Assembly (NCBI GenBank): GCA_030605095.1
Contig: JAUWBJ010000002.1
Coordinates: 2,355-66,354, forward strand
Direction of reading: 5' to 3'
DNA: 64,000 bases
Source of the DNA: Candidatus Omnitrophota bacterium
GTDB taxonomy: Bacteria; Omnitrophota; Gorgyraeia; JABMRN01; RBG-13-46-9
Shown in pieces: positions 18,184 to 26,188 of the stretch. A program made the translations under genes and the position numbers. A model generated the notes under the pieces. It had not been told where the DNA came from. It saw only the letters and a list, made by a program, of their open reading frames with translations, and made no database searches. Position 1 is the first letter of the stretch. The number at the start of each line of letters is the position of its first letter.

Positions 18184-20148
18184 TTATCCTCCGCCGGATG
18201 TGGCCCGGACAAGTTTTTCGAGCCGCAGCCACTGGTTGTCGATGTCTCTTTGTATTTCTTCTAAGACGTGCTTGTTTCCTTCTTTAAAGAGATGCTTGAA
18301 ACGGCCTTGTGTTCTTAAAAATTCTACAACAGGTTTTCTCTCTTTAGGCTTGTAGGTGAAATGCCAGATTCCTTTTTCAATTTCAATTAACGGCCAATAG
18401 CCTGTCTCTACGGCTAACTTGGAAATTTTCACCGTGTCTTCCTGCGGATAACGCCATCCGCGATGGCACAATGACAAGACATTTAAGAATGCGGGCCCCT
18501 CTACGGCAAACGCTTTCTGTGATTTCGTTACAAGGTCATTCCAGTGCGAAATCGAACCCTGGGCAACGTAAGGGATATTGTGCGCCGCAACAATGGCGGT
18601 GAGGTCCTTTCGTAGTTGGGGTTTGCCATAACTTGCTTTACCGGCAGGGGCTGTCGTTGTAGATGCGCCTTTTGGAGTTGCGCTGGAACGTTGTACCCCG
18701 GTATTTTCGTAGGCTTCGTTATTATAGCAGACATAGACGAAATTATGTCCGCGTTCAAATGCGCCGGACATAGACTGAAGTCCGATGTCGTAAGAATTTC
18801 CGCTTAATGATATTTTCCCGTTTCTTTTCGTAATAACAGTATGGTTCTTCTTTAATTGCGGACAATAAACGAAGCCCTTATAATCTTCTAGAAACACTTG
18901 TTGTTTGTTGCCGTAAAGCCTTCTTCTCGAATATAACTTATGATTTAAATAATTAAACCCTATACCTATTCTATAAACCCCGTCTTCTTTTCTTTGAGAA
19001 ATACTACAGTTTTTACCCAATTTTAAAACCAGCTCCACCATATTATTCATGAGTTCTTTCGAAGCTGTAATAAACTTAATGTGATAACTCCTGCGATTTT
19101 TTTGTTTAGTTATGGAGCCGTCCCCTTCTATCAGCGAACCGAATATTTCTTTAAGATAGTGCTTATTAAGTGATAATACCCATTTTGGTATTTTTTTATT
19201 TTTAAATCCCTTGCCGCATTCTCTTTCCAAATATTCGTATATTTGTTTTGATTGGAAGTCAACAGATCTGTTGCATTTAAACGGAGAAAGACCGAGATCT
19301 TTTAATAGTCTATAGATCTTTTCTTTCTTATCCTTATTTGACTGGTATATGCGTATAAGATAGCCGGATTTGCTTTTATATAAACATCCTTCAGTAATAT
19401 ACCAACCTAAAAATTTTAACCATTTTTTAGTATCAAATTTTGAAAATTCCTTTTGATATCTATATTTAGGAATCTTTGGAACTTCTATTACCATCCACAG
19501 CGTATCGTTTCCATCCCCATACCAATTGAACTTTCTCGAAAAAGCTGTTTTGTATCTTTTTAATAAATCGACGCCTTTGATAAACTCCCATTTACCCTTA
19601 TACCACATAGGCACATTATGATTCGGCGTTATTAAAAAGTCTATAAAACGGCTTTTGCCTCTTATCATTCTACCTTCATATGGATATTTATGCAGTTTTT
19701 CATTCTCCTGCAATTCCAAAATATTGGTTTCGGGATTTACCGACCAAATTTTTTCTCCTACTTTTATATTTTTTATATTTCTAAATCCGTTTTCGGTAAA
19801 TATTTCTGTATCTTCTGAATAGCAACCGCCATCGCCGCCGAAGGCAACGAACTTTATATCTTTAGTAATTTTACCTTTTTTCTTCAAAGCGCGGTAGGCT
19901 GTTTCTGCGCCACTTATTGTCGCAGCCACGTTTTCAAAAGCGTTATGTATAAAAGGAACGTTCCACGCCGTATACGGATATATAGTGGTAGCGACTTCTA
20001 AACATCCTGTCGCGGCTCCTGCTACGATAGGCGACGTTGTTCCCATAAGAATCTGCCTCACGGCGATAGAAGCTCCACAACCCGAGCAAAGCCTATGTCC
20101 CGGAGTCAATCTTTCCGGTATCTTTGATAGCTCTTTAATATTTGCCAT
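18184..20148 (-). CDS. porB: Pyruvate:ferredoxin oxidoreductase beta subunit, intein-containing
   Basis: GHRLCSGCG, ATGCLEV, GGDGG|...|SYDIG, YNNEAYENTG. Confidence 0.93.
   Translation of the reverse strand: MANIKELSKIPERLTPGHRLCSGCGASIAVRQILMGTTSPIVAGAATGCLEVATTIYPYTAWNVPFIHNAFENVAATISGAETAYRALKKKGKITKDIKFVAFGGDGGCYSEDTEIFTENGFRNIKNIKVGEKIWSVNPETNILELQENEKLHKYPYEGRMIRGKSRFIDFLITPNHNVPMWYKGKWEFIKGVDLLKRYKTAFSRKFNWYGDGNDTLWMVIEVPKIPKYRYQKEFSKFDTKKWLKFLGWYITEGCLYKSKSGYLIRIYQSNKDKKEKIYRLLKDLGLSPFKCNRSVDFQSKQIYEYLERECGKGFKNKKIPKWVLSLNKHYLKEIFGSLIEGDGSITKQKNRRSYHIKFITASKELMNNMVELVLKLGKNCSISQRKEDGVYRIGIGFNYLNHKLYSRRRLYGNKQQVFLEDYKGFVYCPQLKKNHTVITKRNGKISLSGNSYDIGLQSMSGAFERGHNFVYVCYNNEAYENTGVQRSSATPKGASTTTAPAGKASYGKPQLRKDLTAIVAAHNIPYVAQGSISHWNDLVTKSQKAFAVEGPAFLNVLSLCHRGWRYPQEDTVKISKLAVETGYWPLIEIEKGIWHFTYKPKERKPVVEFLRTQGRFKHLFKEGNKHVLEEIQRDIDNQWLRLEKLVRATSGGG
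18796..19824 (-). mobile_element. 343-aa intein with LAGLIDADG endonuclease
   Basis: Cys1 (CYSEDTE), block B TPNH, FLGWYITEGC and LIEGDGS, C-terminal SGN followed by Ser+1; AT-rich. Confidence 0.93.
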
Positions 20149-20157
20149 TGTCCTTTA

Positions 20158-20190
20158 AACCTGTCCGACCGCGTAGGTCGGACAGGTTTT
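20158..20190. repeat. Intergenic palindrome AAACCTGTCCGACC-N5-GGTCGGACAGGTTT
   Basis: 14-bp perfect stem between porA and porB. Confidence 0.7.
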
Positions 20191-20196
20191 GTTAAT

Positions 20197-21375
20197 CTAA
20201 TTTCGAACTCCTAAATAGTTAACGAGTGCTTTAATCCTTCCTGTTTTCTTTATTTCCTCTAACTCTTTATATACCTTTTTTATGTCTTCCGGGAAGATGT
20301 CGCGGCCACCGAGGCCGAATATGTAATCTATAACCGGCGGTCTCTTTTGTGATTCATAAAGCGCTGCTTTAACTTCGCTGAACAAAGGCCCGCCTTCACC
20401 CGAGAACGAATCGCTTCTATCCAGGACAGCTACGGCTTTTAAATTCGAGAGTGCCTTTATAATTCTTTCCTTCGGGAACGGCCTGAAAAATCTCGGCTTG
20501 AGAAGGCCTGCCTTTACCCCTTTTTTTCTTAATTCATCAACCACGCCCTTCGCCGTCCCTGCCGTTGAGCTCAAGACAACAATCGCTACCTCGGCATCAC
20601 TCAGCTTGTATTCTTCAACCAGGTCGTGCGACTTATTAAATGTTTTATTAAATTCCGCCAGGACCGCCGGAATAGTTTTTAAGGCATCTTTCATCGCCTC
20701 TGCTTCCTGGCGTTTATGTTCGAAATAAAAATCCTGCAAATCCAGGGGACCGTATGTTACCGGGTTTTCCACATCGAGAAGGCTGTGTTCCAGAGTATAT
20801 TCGCCTATAAACTTTTTAACCTTGTCGTCAGGAAATGTACTTATACCTTCTACGGCGTGGCTTGTTATAAAACCATCCTGGCAGACCATAACGGGCAGGA
20901 GAATCTTTTTGTGCTCTGCTATTTTTACGGCAACAATGATATTTTCGTAAACCTCCTCGGCATTTTCGGAATAAAGCTGAATCCAGCCCGAGTCCCTTGC
21001 GCCCATTGTATCGGAGTGGTCGCAATGTATGTTTATGGGCCCTGACAAGGCTCTATTCACGACAGGCATAACAATGGGAAGGCGTAAAGACGCCGTTATA
21101 TAAACAATTTCCCACATAAGGGCAAGGCCGTTTGCCGACGTGGCGGTCATTGTCCGCGCACCGCTTGCGGCAGAGCCGACGCACGCGCTCATCGCGCTAT
21201 GTTCGGACTCAACCGGAATCATTTCTGTCTTTACCCTGCCGTCAGCCGCGAACTGGGAAAAATTCATAACAATCTCTGTCTGCGGCGTAATAGGATAAGC
21301 CGCGACGACATCCGGCTCAATCTGTCTCATTGCCTCAGCAGCAGCCTGGTCTCCCGTTAATGCGGTTAATTTCAT
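20197..21375 (-). CDS. porA: PFOR alpha subunit
   Basis: AAYPITPQT, ESEHSAMS, NRALSGPINIHCDH. Confidence 0.95.
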   Translation of the reverse strand: MKLTALTGDQAAAEAMRQIEPDVVAAYPITPQTEIVMNFSQFAADGRVKTEMIPVESEHSAMSACVGSAASGARTMTATSANGLALMWEIVYITASLRLPIVMPVVNRALSGPINIHCDHSDTMGARDSGWIQLYSENAEEVYENIIVAVKIAEHKKILLPVMVCQDGFITSHAVEGISTFPDDKVKKFIGEYTLEHSLLDVENPVTYGPLDLQDFYFEHKRQEAEAMKDALKTIPAVLAEFNKTFNKSHDLVEEYKLSDAEVAIVVLSSTAGTAKGVVDELRKKGVKAGLLKPRFFRPFPKERIIKALSNLKAVAVLDRSDSFSGEGGPLFSEVKAALYESQKRPPVIDYIFGLGGRDIFPEDIKKVYKELEEIKKTGRIKALVNYLGVRN

Positions 21376-21650
21376 CCCTTCTCCATTTTAATACACTTTA
21401 CCGGGCAGATGCTCGCGCATATCCCGCAACCCTTGCAGTAGTCATAGTCAAATCCTTCCATTTTTCCGTCTTTTACAAGAACGGAGGAATCGGGGCAGTA
21501 TATCCAGCATTGAAGGCAATTTATGCATTTGGGTTTATCCACAACCGGCTTAAAAGTCCGCCATGAACCTGTCTTATATTCCCTGGCAGTACCGCCTTTA
21601 TCTATAATTCCGGCTATCGGAATCTCTTTCCAGCCTTTTTTCTTTTTCAC
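21372..21650 (-). CDS. porD: PFOR delta subunit (2x[4Fe-4S]); GTG start supplied by an inserted element
   Basis: TGSWR, CINCLQCWIYCP, CKGCGICASICP. Confidence 0.95.
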   Translation of the reverse strand: MKKKKGWKEIPIAGIIDKGGTAREYKTGSWRTFKPVVDKPKCINCLQCWIYCPDSSVLVKDGKMEGFDYDYCKGCGICASICPVKCIKMEKG

Positions 21651-21758
21651 CCCGCCCTTCCTTTTCTTTTGATGCCAATCATTGTCTTTATTTTTGCTAA
21701 ACTACTCCCCCTCTTCCTTATGTAATTTGTTTTAATCTTTTTATTAGGAAGGGCGGGG
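21650..21758. mobile_element. Inverted-repeat element CCCCGCCCTTCCT...AGGAAGGGCGGGG with TTCA/TGAA duplication
   Basis: TTCA at 21646-21649 and 21759-21762; same ends as 28936-29041. Confidence 0.8.
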
Positions 21759-21759
21759 T

Positions 21760-22332
21760 TCATCCTGTCTTTGTTTCCTTGAAGGCGCGTTTTATCGCTT
21801 TTATGTTCGCTTCGGTTTTTTCTTCGCCGAGCTTTTTAAGGAATTTCTTCCGCACTTTTTTTTCCAGCGCTTCAACCGGCACAATCGGTTTAATCTTCAA
21901 AAGAGCGCCCAGCATCGGCGTATTGGGCATCGGCATACCGAGTATCTCCAGTGAAATTTTTGTCGCATCGCAGGTGGCAACTTTTCCTTTTTTGTATCTC
22001 GCCTTCCAGCGCACGCTATCAACTGTCTCGGTCGTATTCACAATCAAGATACCGCTCTCGTCCAGGCCATCGGCAACATCAACAGTCTCCAGTAATGTCG
22101 GGTCTATCACAACAACAATATCGGGATTTGTTACAGGGGAATGGATATTTATCGGCCGGTCGCTGATTCTGGTATAGGCGCGAATAGGCGCGCCTGCCCT
22201 TTCAGGGCCGTATTCGGGAAAGGCCTGAATAGACTTACCTGTATCCAGGGCCGCTTCAGCCAAAAACTGGGCGGCTGTCTTGGCGCCCTGGCCTCCCCGG
22301 CCATGCCACCTTATTTCTAATAAATCCTTCAT
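21760..22332 (-). CDS. porC: PFOR gamma subunit
   Basis: EIRWHGRGGQGAKT, FPEYGPERAGAP, NTPMLGA. Confidence 0.95.
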   Translation of the reverse strand: MKDLLEIRWHGRGGQGAKTAAQFLAEAALDTGKSIQAFPEYGPERAGAPIRAYTRISDRPINIHSPVTNPDIVVVIDPTLLETVDVADGLDESGILIVNTTETVDSVRWKARYKKGKVATCDATKISLEILGMPMPNTPMLGALLKIKPIVPVEALEKKVRKKFLKKLGEEKTEANIKAIKRAFKETKTG

Positions 22333-22349
22333 TTTGTCGGCTTTTAGAC

Positions 22350-23135
22350 TTAAACAGCGGGGCCTTGAGGACTTTCGCCTTCCTTAGCCAGCCCTAAGTA
22401 ATAACCCATGAAAACGAGCATCATAACAACAGGAATGTAAGATTGAACGGCGCTATTTACAATGGTTATTATTACCCGGGTTAGTATAAGTGGCAGCGGG
22501 ATAGTGATAAGTCCGATTATAAATCCGATTACTAAAGAAACAACAACGCTGATAGCAATCAAAAACAGAAATATCTTTAATACTTCCCAGAAATTATTTC
22601 GGCTTACGCTTATGCCTTTTTTAATCGCCTGTAAAACGCGGTTCTCATCGGCAACGATTGAGTAAACCGGGAATAAAAGTATAACCACGGCAACAAGCGC
22701 AACGGTTGCTGCTATAACCGTAACGATAGATCTCATGAAGGCATTATTAGCGATAAGCAAAACGCCGCTTCCGACCAAGAACAGAACTAACGCAATTCCC
22801 AGCGCTATTAATACATAAAGTGAGAGGAGGCCCAGAATTCTCAAATAGTACTTTTTTCCGTATGCGATAAAATTAGATATGTCGCAGGCGCCCGTTTTGT
22901 GAATATCCCTGGTGAGCCCTAACGCCCCGCCTTGCAAAAAGATAAAAATAGTGAAAAATATCAAGGTGAGAAGGAATGAGATCGTCGCTATGACGGGATT
23001 TCCTGTATTCTCCGGCGTTGTAAGCGGTAAACTCATCAGGCCCATAACAACGTTAAGGATAAAAAATATTAATACCACTTTAAGCAGTTTTTGGCTTAAT
23101 AAGAATCCTTTTTTTACAGATTCAACTATATTCAT
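22350..23135 (-). CDS. Multi-pass membrane protein
   Basis: About six TM helices, GGGAGG SD. Confidence 0.75.
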   Translation of the reverse strand: MNIVESVKKGFLLSQKLLKVVLIFFILNVVMGLMSLPLTTPENTGNPVIATISFLLTLIFFTIFIFLQGGALGLTRDIHKTGACDISNFIAYGKKYYLRILGLLSLYVLIALGIALVLFLVGSGVLLIANNAFMRSIVTVIAATVALVAVVILLFPVYSIVADENRVLQAIKKGISVSRNNFWEVLKIFLFLIAISVVVSLVIGFIIGLITIPLPLILTRVIITIVNSAVQSYIPVVMMLVFMGYYLGLAKEGESPQGPAV

Positions 23136-23169
23136 CTTAACCTCCCGCTCTTTTCGAGCTTTAAAATTA

Positions 23170-23198
23170 AAGATACACTATAAATAAAGCGCTGTCAA
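23170..23198 (-). promoter_or_regulatory. Sigma70-type promoter
   Basis: TTGACA-17 bp-TATCTT on the minus strand, with TG just upstream of the -10. Confidence 0.6.
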
Positions 23199-23214
23199 GA
23201 CCTTATTGCGTTTA

Positions 23215-23814
23215 TCAAGCTTCTCTTTTACCCTCGAAGGCTTTATAAAGGGTCGCTTGATCCGCGTATTCGAGATTTCCGCCCACGGGCATACCGTAAG
23301 CAATCCTGTATAGCTTTATGGCCATGGGCTTCAGCAATTTAACAAGGTAAAGGGCTGTGGCCTCGCCTTCCGTGTTGGAATCGGTCGCGATTATGACTTC
23401 TTTTATCTTTTCTTTTCTGATTCTTTTTACCAGCTCGTCGATTTTTAAGTCCTTGGGGCCCACGCCGTCTAAAGGCGATAATGCCCCCAGCAAAACGTGA
23501 TATACGCCGTTAAAGTGCCCCATCTTCTCTATCGAAATCACGTCGCTCGGTTTTTCTACGACGCACAAAGTCGCCTTATCCCTGGCGTCGTTACCGCATA
23601 TGTCGCAGAGCTCCTGATCACTCAAGTTATTACAGGTCTTGCAGAATTTCACGCTGTTTTTAAGTTTTACTATTGCATCCGAAAGCTTTTTTGCTTCTTC
23701 AGCCGGCTTTGTCAAAATGAAAAAGGCAAGCCGCTGGGCTGATTTCGGGCCTATGCCCGGCATTTTGCTAAATTCCGTTATCAACGCCTTCATCGAACCC
23801 GGCAGGCCCTTCAT
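23215..23814 (-). CDS. recR: Recombination mediator RecR
   Basis: PGIGPKSAQRLA, C4 zinc finger, TOPRIM EGEATA. Confidence 0.96.
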   Translation of the reverse strand: MKGLPGSMKALITEFSKMPGIGPKSAQRLAFFILTKPAEEAKKLSDAIVKLKNSVKFCKTCNNLSDQELCDICGNDARDKATLCVVEKPSDVISIEKMGHFNGVYHVLLGALSPLDGVGPKDLKIDELVKRIRKEKIKEVIIATDSNTEGEATALYLVKLLKPMAIKLYRIAYGMPVGGNLEYADQATLYKAFEGKREA

Positions 23815-25514
23815 GCTTTCTCCTTATTCCTATTCTCTCTTATATCCACAACCCTTCCCTCAAATATGTCAACCGCTGACTCTACTATCGGGTCTACCCT
23901 GTTTGGCCGGTTTTTTCCGGCTTCTTCAATTTCGCTCTCTTCAATACTTGTTATCCCGGATGCGGCGGATTCTTCAATTTGCCCTTCCAGGGCCTCAATA
24001 CTTAAAGATACGTCTTCTCCTGTAATGCTTTTAATGGCTTCTTCTACGAATTTTTTGTTTGTATTGACCTCTAACGCCTCTTTATGCAATGAATTATTCT
24101 TGTTAAACCCTATCGCAAGGACATTATCTTCCACCTTGAGCAGCTTTCCTTCGGAAAGGAACGTAGCAATCGACATTTTTTTGTTCTTTACGAAATTTAA
24201 AACCTTGGCCCAGGAGCTTCTTATCTTCTGCAGGAGGAGTATGTCGCGCTCCGCAGCAACTTCTTCTTCCGGTATCGCGGGCGGTTCTGCGGATGGCTTT
24301 ACAGACGGTCTTACAATTTTTTCGGATTTCTCCGCCGTGGCATGCCTACTTTGAATTCCTCCTCTGGCGAAGGAGGATTCTATCCGTGAAAGCCTGTCCA
24401 GAATTTCTTTAATTGAAGTGAGCCTGGTTCTATCAGTCAATTTAATCAAGGAAATTTCCAGGGGAACTCGCGCCAGGTTTGTCTTCTTCATTAAATCCAT
24501 TGCGGCAGATAATGTGTAGGTGACGTATAAAATTTCATCGAGCGAGAGGAGCTTACTCTGCTCCCGTAACTTATAATAGTCCTCTTCGGAAAGCGTTATG
24601 TAGACGCTACTCGTATCCTTTGCTATTTTCGCCACCATAAGATTTCTGAAGTAGTCTATGATGCTTGAAGCTACAAAAATAGGGTCCTTTCCGCTATTTA
24701 CGAGGCCATCGATGATGTTTAACACATTTTCCTTTTTGTTATTTATTATAGAGTCGGCTAAATCAAAGAGGACATCCTGCTCTAACAAGCCCAGAACCTT
24801 CGTAACGTCATGGGCCTGCACTTTTCCTTTTGTAAAGGAGAGGAGTTGATCGAGAATTATCTCCGCGTCTCTCATGCTCCCGTCGGCCTGCCTTGCGATT
24901 AAAAAGATTGCTTCATCGTTAACGTCAAGTTTTTCCTTTTTTCTAATCTCCTCTAATTTTTTAGCTATATCCCTTTTGGGTATTTTTCTAAAGTCGAAGC
25001 GCTGGCATCTGGAAATGATTGTCGGTAATACCTTGTAGGGCCTGGTGGTCGCAAAGATAAATTTCACATGGAGCGGCGGTTCCTCCAGCGTCTTAAGTAG
25101 GGCGTTAAAGGCCTCCTGGGTGAGCATATGGACTTCGTCGATAATGTATATCCGGAATTTTCCGCGCACAGAGGCAAATTTTACATTTTCTCTTAAGTTC
25201 CTTATTTCATCGATTCCCCTGTTGGAAGCGCCGTCGATTTCTATAACATCCATGCCTATCCCCCGCAAAATTTCCTGGCAGGAAGCACATTTATTGCACG
25301 GCTCGGGACGCGGGCCCTTCTCGCAGTTTAAACTCTTGGCAAGGATTCTCGCAGTCGATGTCTTGCCGACCCCACGCGGGCCGGTAAATAGATACGCATG
25401 CGCAACCTTATCCATAGCGATAGCGTTCTTAAGCGTAGTCGCGATATGCTCCTGTCCTATAATTTCATCAAACGCCTGCGGCCTGTATTTCCTCGCAAAT
25501 GGTAGGTATGCCAT
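23811..25514 (-). CDS. dnaX: DNA polymerase III gamma/tau
   Basis: ARKYRP, GPRGVGKT, IDEVHML, SRCQRF. Confidence 0.96.
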   Translation of the reverse strand: MAYLPFARKYRPQAFDEIIGQEHIATTLKNAIAMDKVAHAYLFTGPRGVGKTSTARILAKSLNCEKGPRPEPCNKCASCQEILRGIGMDVIEIDGASNRGIDEIRNLRENVKFASVRGKFRIYIIDEVHMLTQEAFNALLKTLEEPPLHVKFIFATTRPYKVLPTIISRCQRFDFRKIPKRDIAKKLEEIRKKEKLDVNDEAIFLIARQADGSMRDAEIILDQLLSFTKGKVQAHDVTKVLGLLEQDVLFDLADSIINNKKENVLNIIDGLVNSGKDPIFVASSIIDYFRNLMVAKIAKDTSSVYITLSEEDYYKLREQSKLLSLDEILYVTYTLSAAMDLMKKTNLARVPLEISLIKLTDRTRLTSIKEILDRLSRIESSFARGGIQSRHATAEKSEKIVRPSVKPSAEPPAIPEEEVAAERDILLLQKIRSSWAKVLNFVKNKKMSIATFLSEGKLLKVEDNVLAIGFNKNNSLHKEALEVNTNKKFVEEAIKSITGEDVSLSIEALEGQIEESAASGITSIEESEIEEAGKNRPNRVDPIVESAVDIFEGRVVDIRENRNKEKA

Positions 25515-25680
25515 ATTGGTTTTTCCTTTTCAACAAATACCTTTATATCAAAAAATAGCCCAAAAAGCAACTCAATTACGCCTCTTGGGTATGACCTACG
25601 AACAAATCGCCAAAAGTTTAAACGTCGGTGTAATAACTGCTACTAAGGCTTGTAAATATAAAAGGAGGAACTGTTTCTAA
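25515..25680 (+). pseudogene. Orphan HTH-like coding remnant (possible recombinase C-terminal tail)
   Basis: QIPLYQKIAQKATQLRLLGMTYEQIAKSLNVGVITATKAC*; no start of its own. Confidence 0.45.
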
Positions 25681-25720
25681 TTTGTGGCACCACGATATTC
25701 CAAGTCTGCATCGGAAGTTC

Positions 25721-26173
25721 TCAAGTCCATCTAAATATTTTCTTTAGCTTCGCCGGTGGTTTAATTATATATACAACTATAGTAACAAGAGCGATAAATA
25801 TTGTAGGAATCAATATTACTAATGGATTAACATCCGGATAAACTAATTTTTCGATATAGCGGACTATAAACGAACCGTGATACCCAATTTTAGAATTGTA
25901 TCCTCCCCTTAAAAAATTTTCCAGTATAGTTAAAGGACAATACTCTCTTAAAAGAGTCAATAGCCCAACATAGACTATACCGCAAAGATGAAGTGTCCTG
26001 AATAACCATCTGTCAAAGAATTTAGGGTTAAAGAATCCTCTTAAAGTAAGGAAGAATCCCGAAAGCATAAAGAGTATCCATAAAAAATGTATAACTACGA
26101 TTAAATCAGCAAAAATTTTGTACAGCAACTTTACCCCGTTAGAAAAGGCTCTGTCCTTCATCCCGTTAGACAA
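25721..26173 (-). CDS. DUF2784-like membrane protein
   Basis: ADLIVVIHFLW, CPLTILENFLR, FIVRYIEKLVY. Confidence 0.8.
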   Translation of the reverse strand: MSNGMKDRAFSNGVKLLYKIFADLIVVIHFLWILFMLSGFFLTLRGFFNPKFFDRWLFRTLHLCGIVYVGLLTLLREYCPLTILENFLRGGYNSKIGYHGSFIVRYIEKLVYPDVNPLVILIPTIFIALVTIVVYIIKPPAKLKKIFRWT

Positions 26174-26187
26174 ATTTTCTAACGGGG
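26134..26187. mobile_element. Inverted-repeat element CCCCGTTAGAAAA...TTTTCTAACGGGG with TTTA duplication and an extra internal arm
   Basis: TTTA at 26130-26133 and 26188-26191; same ends as 5392-5444. Confidence 0.75.
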
Positions 26188-26188
26188 T

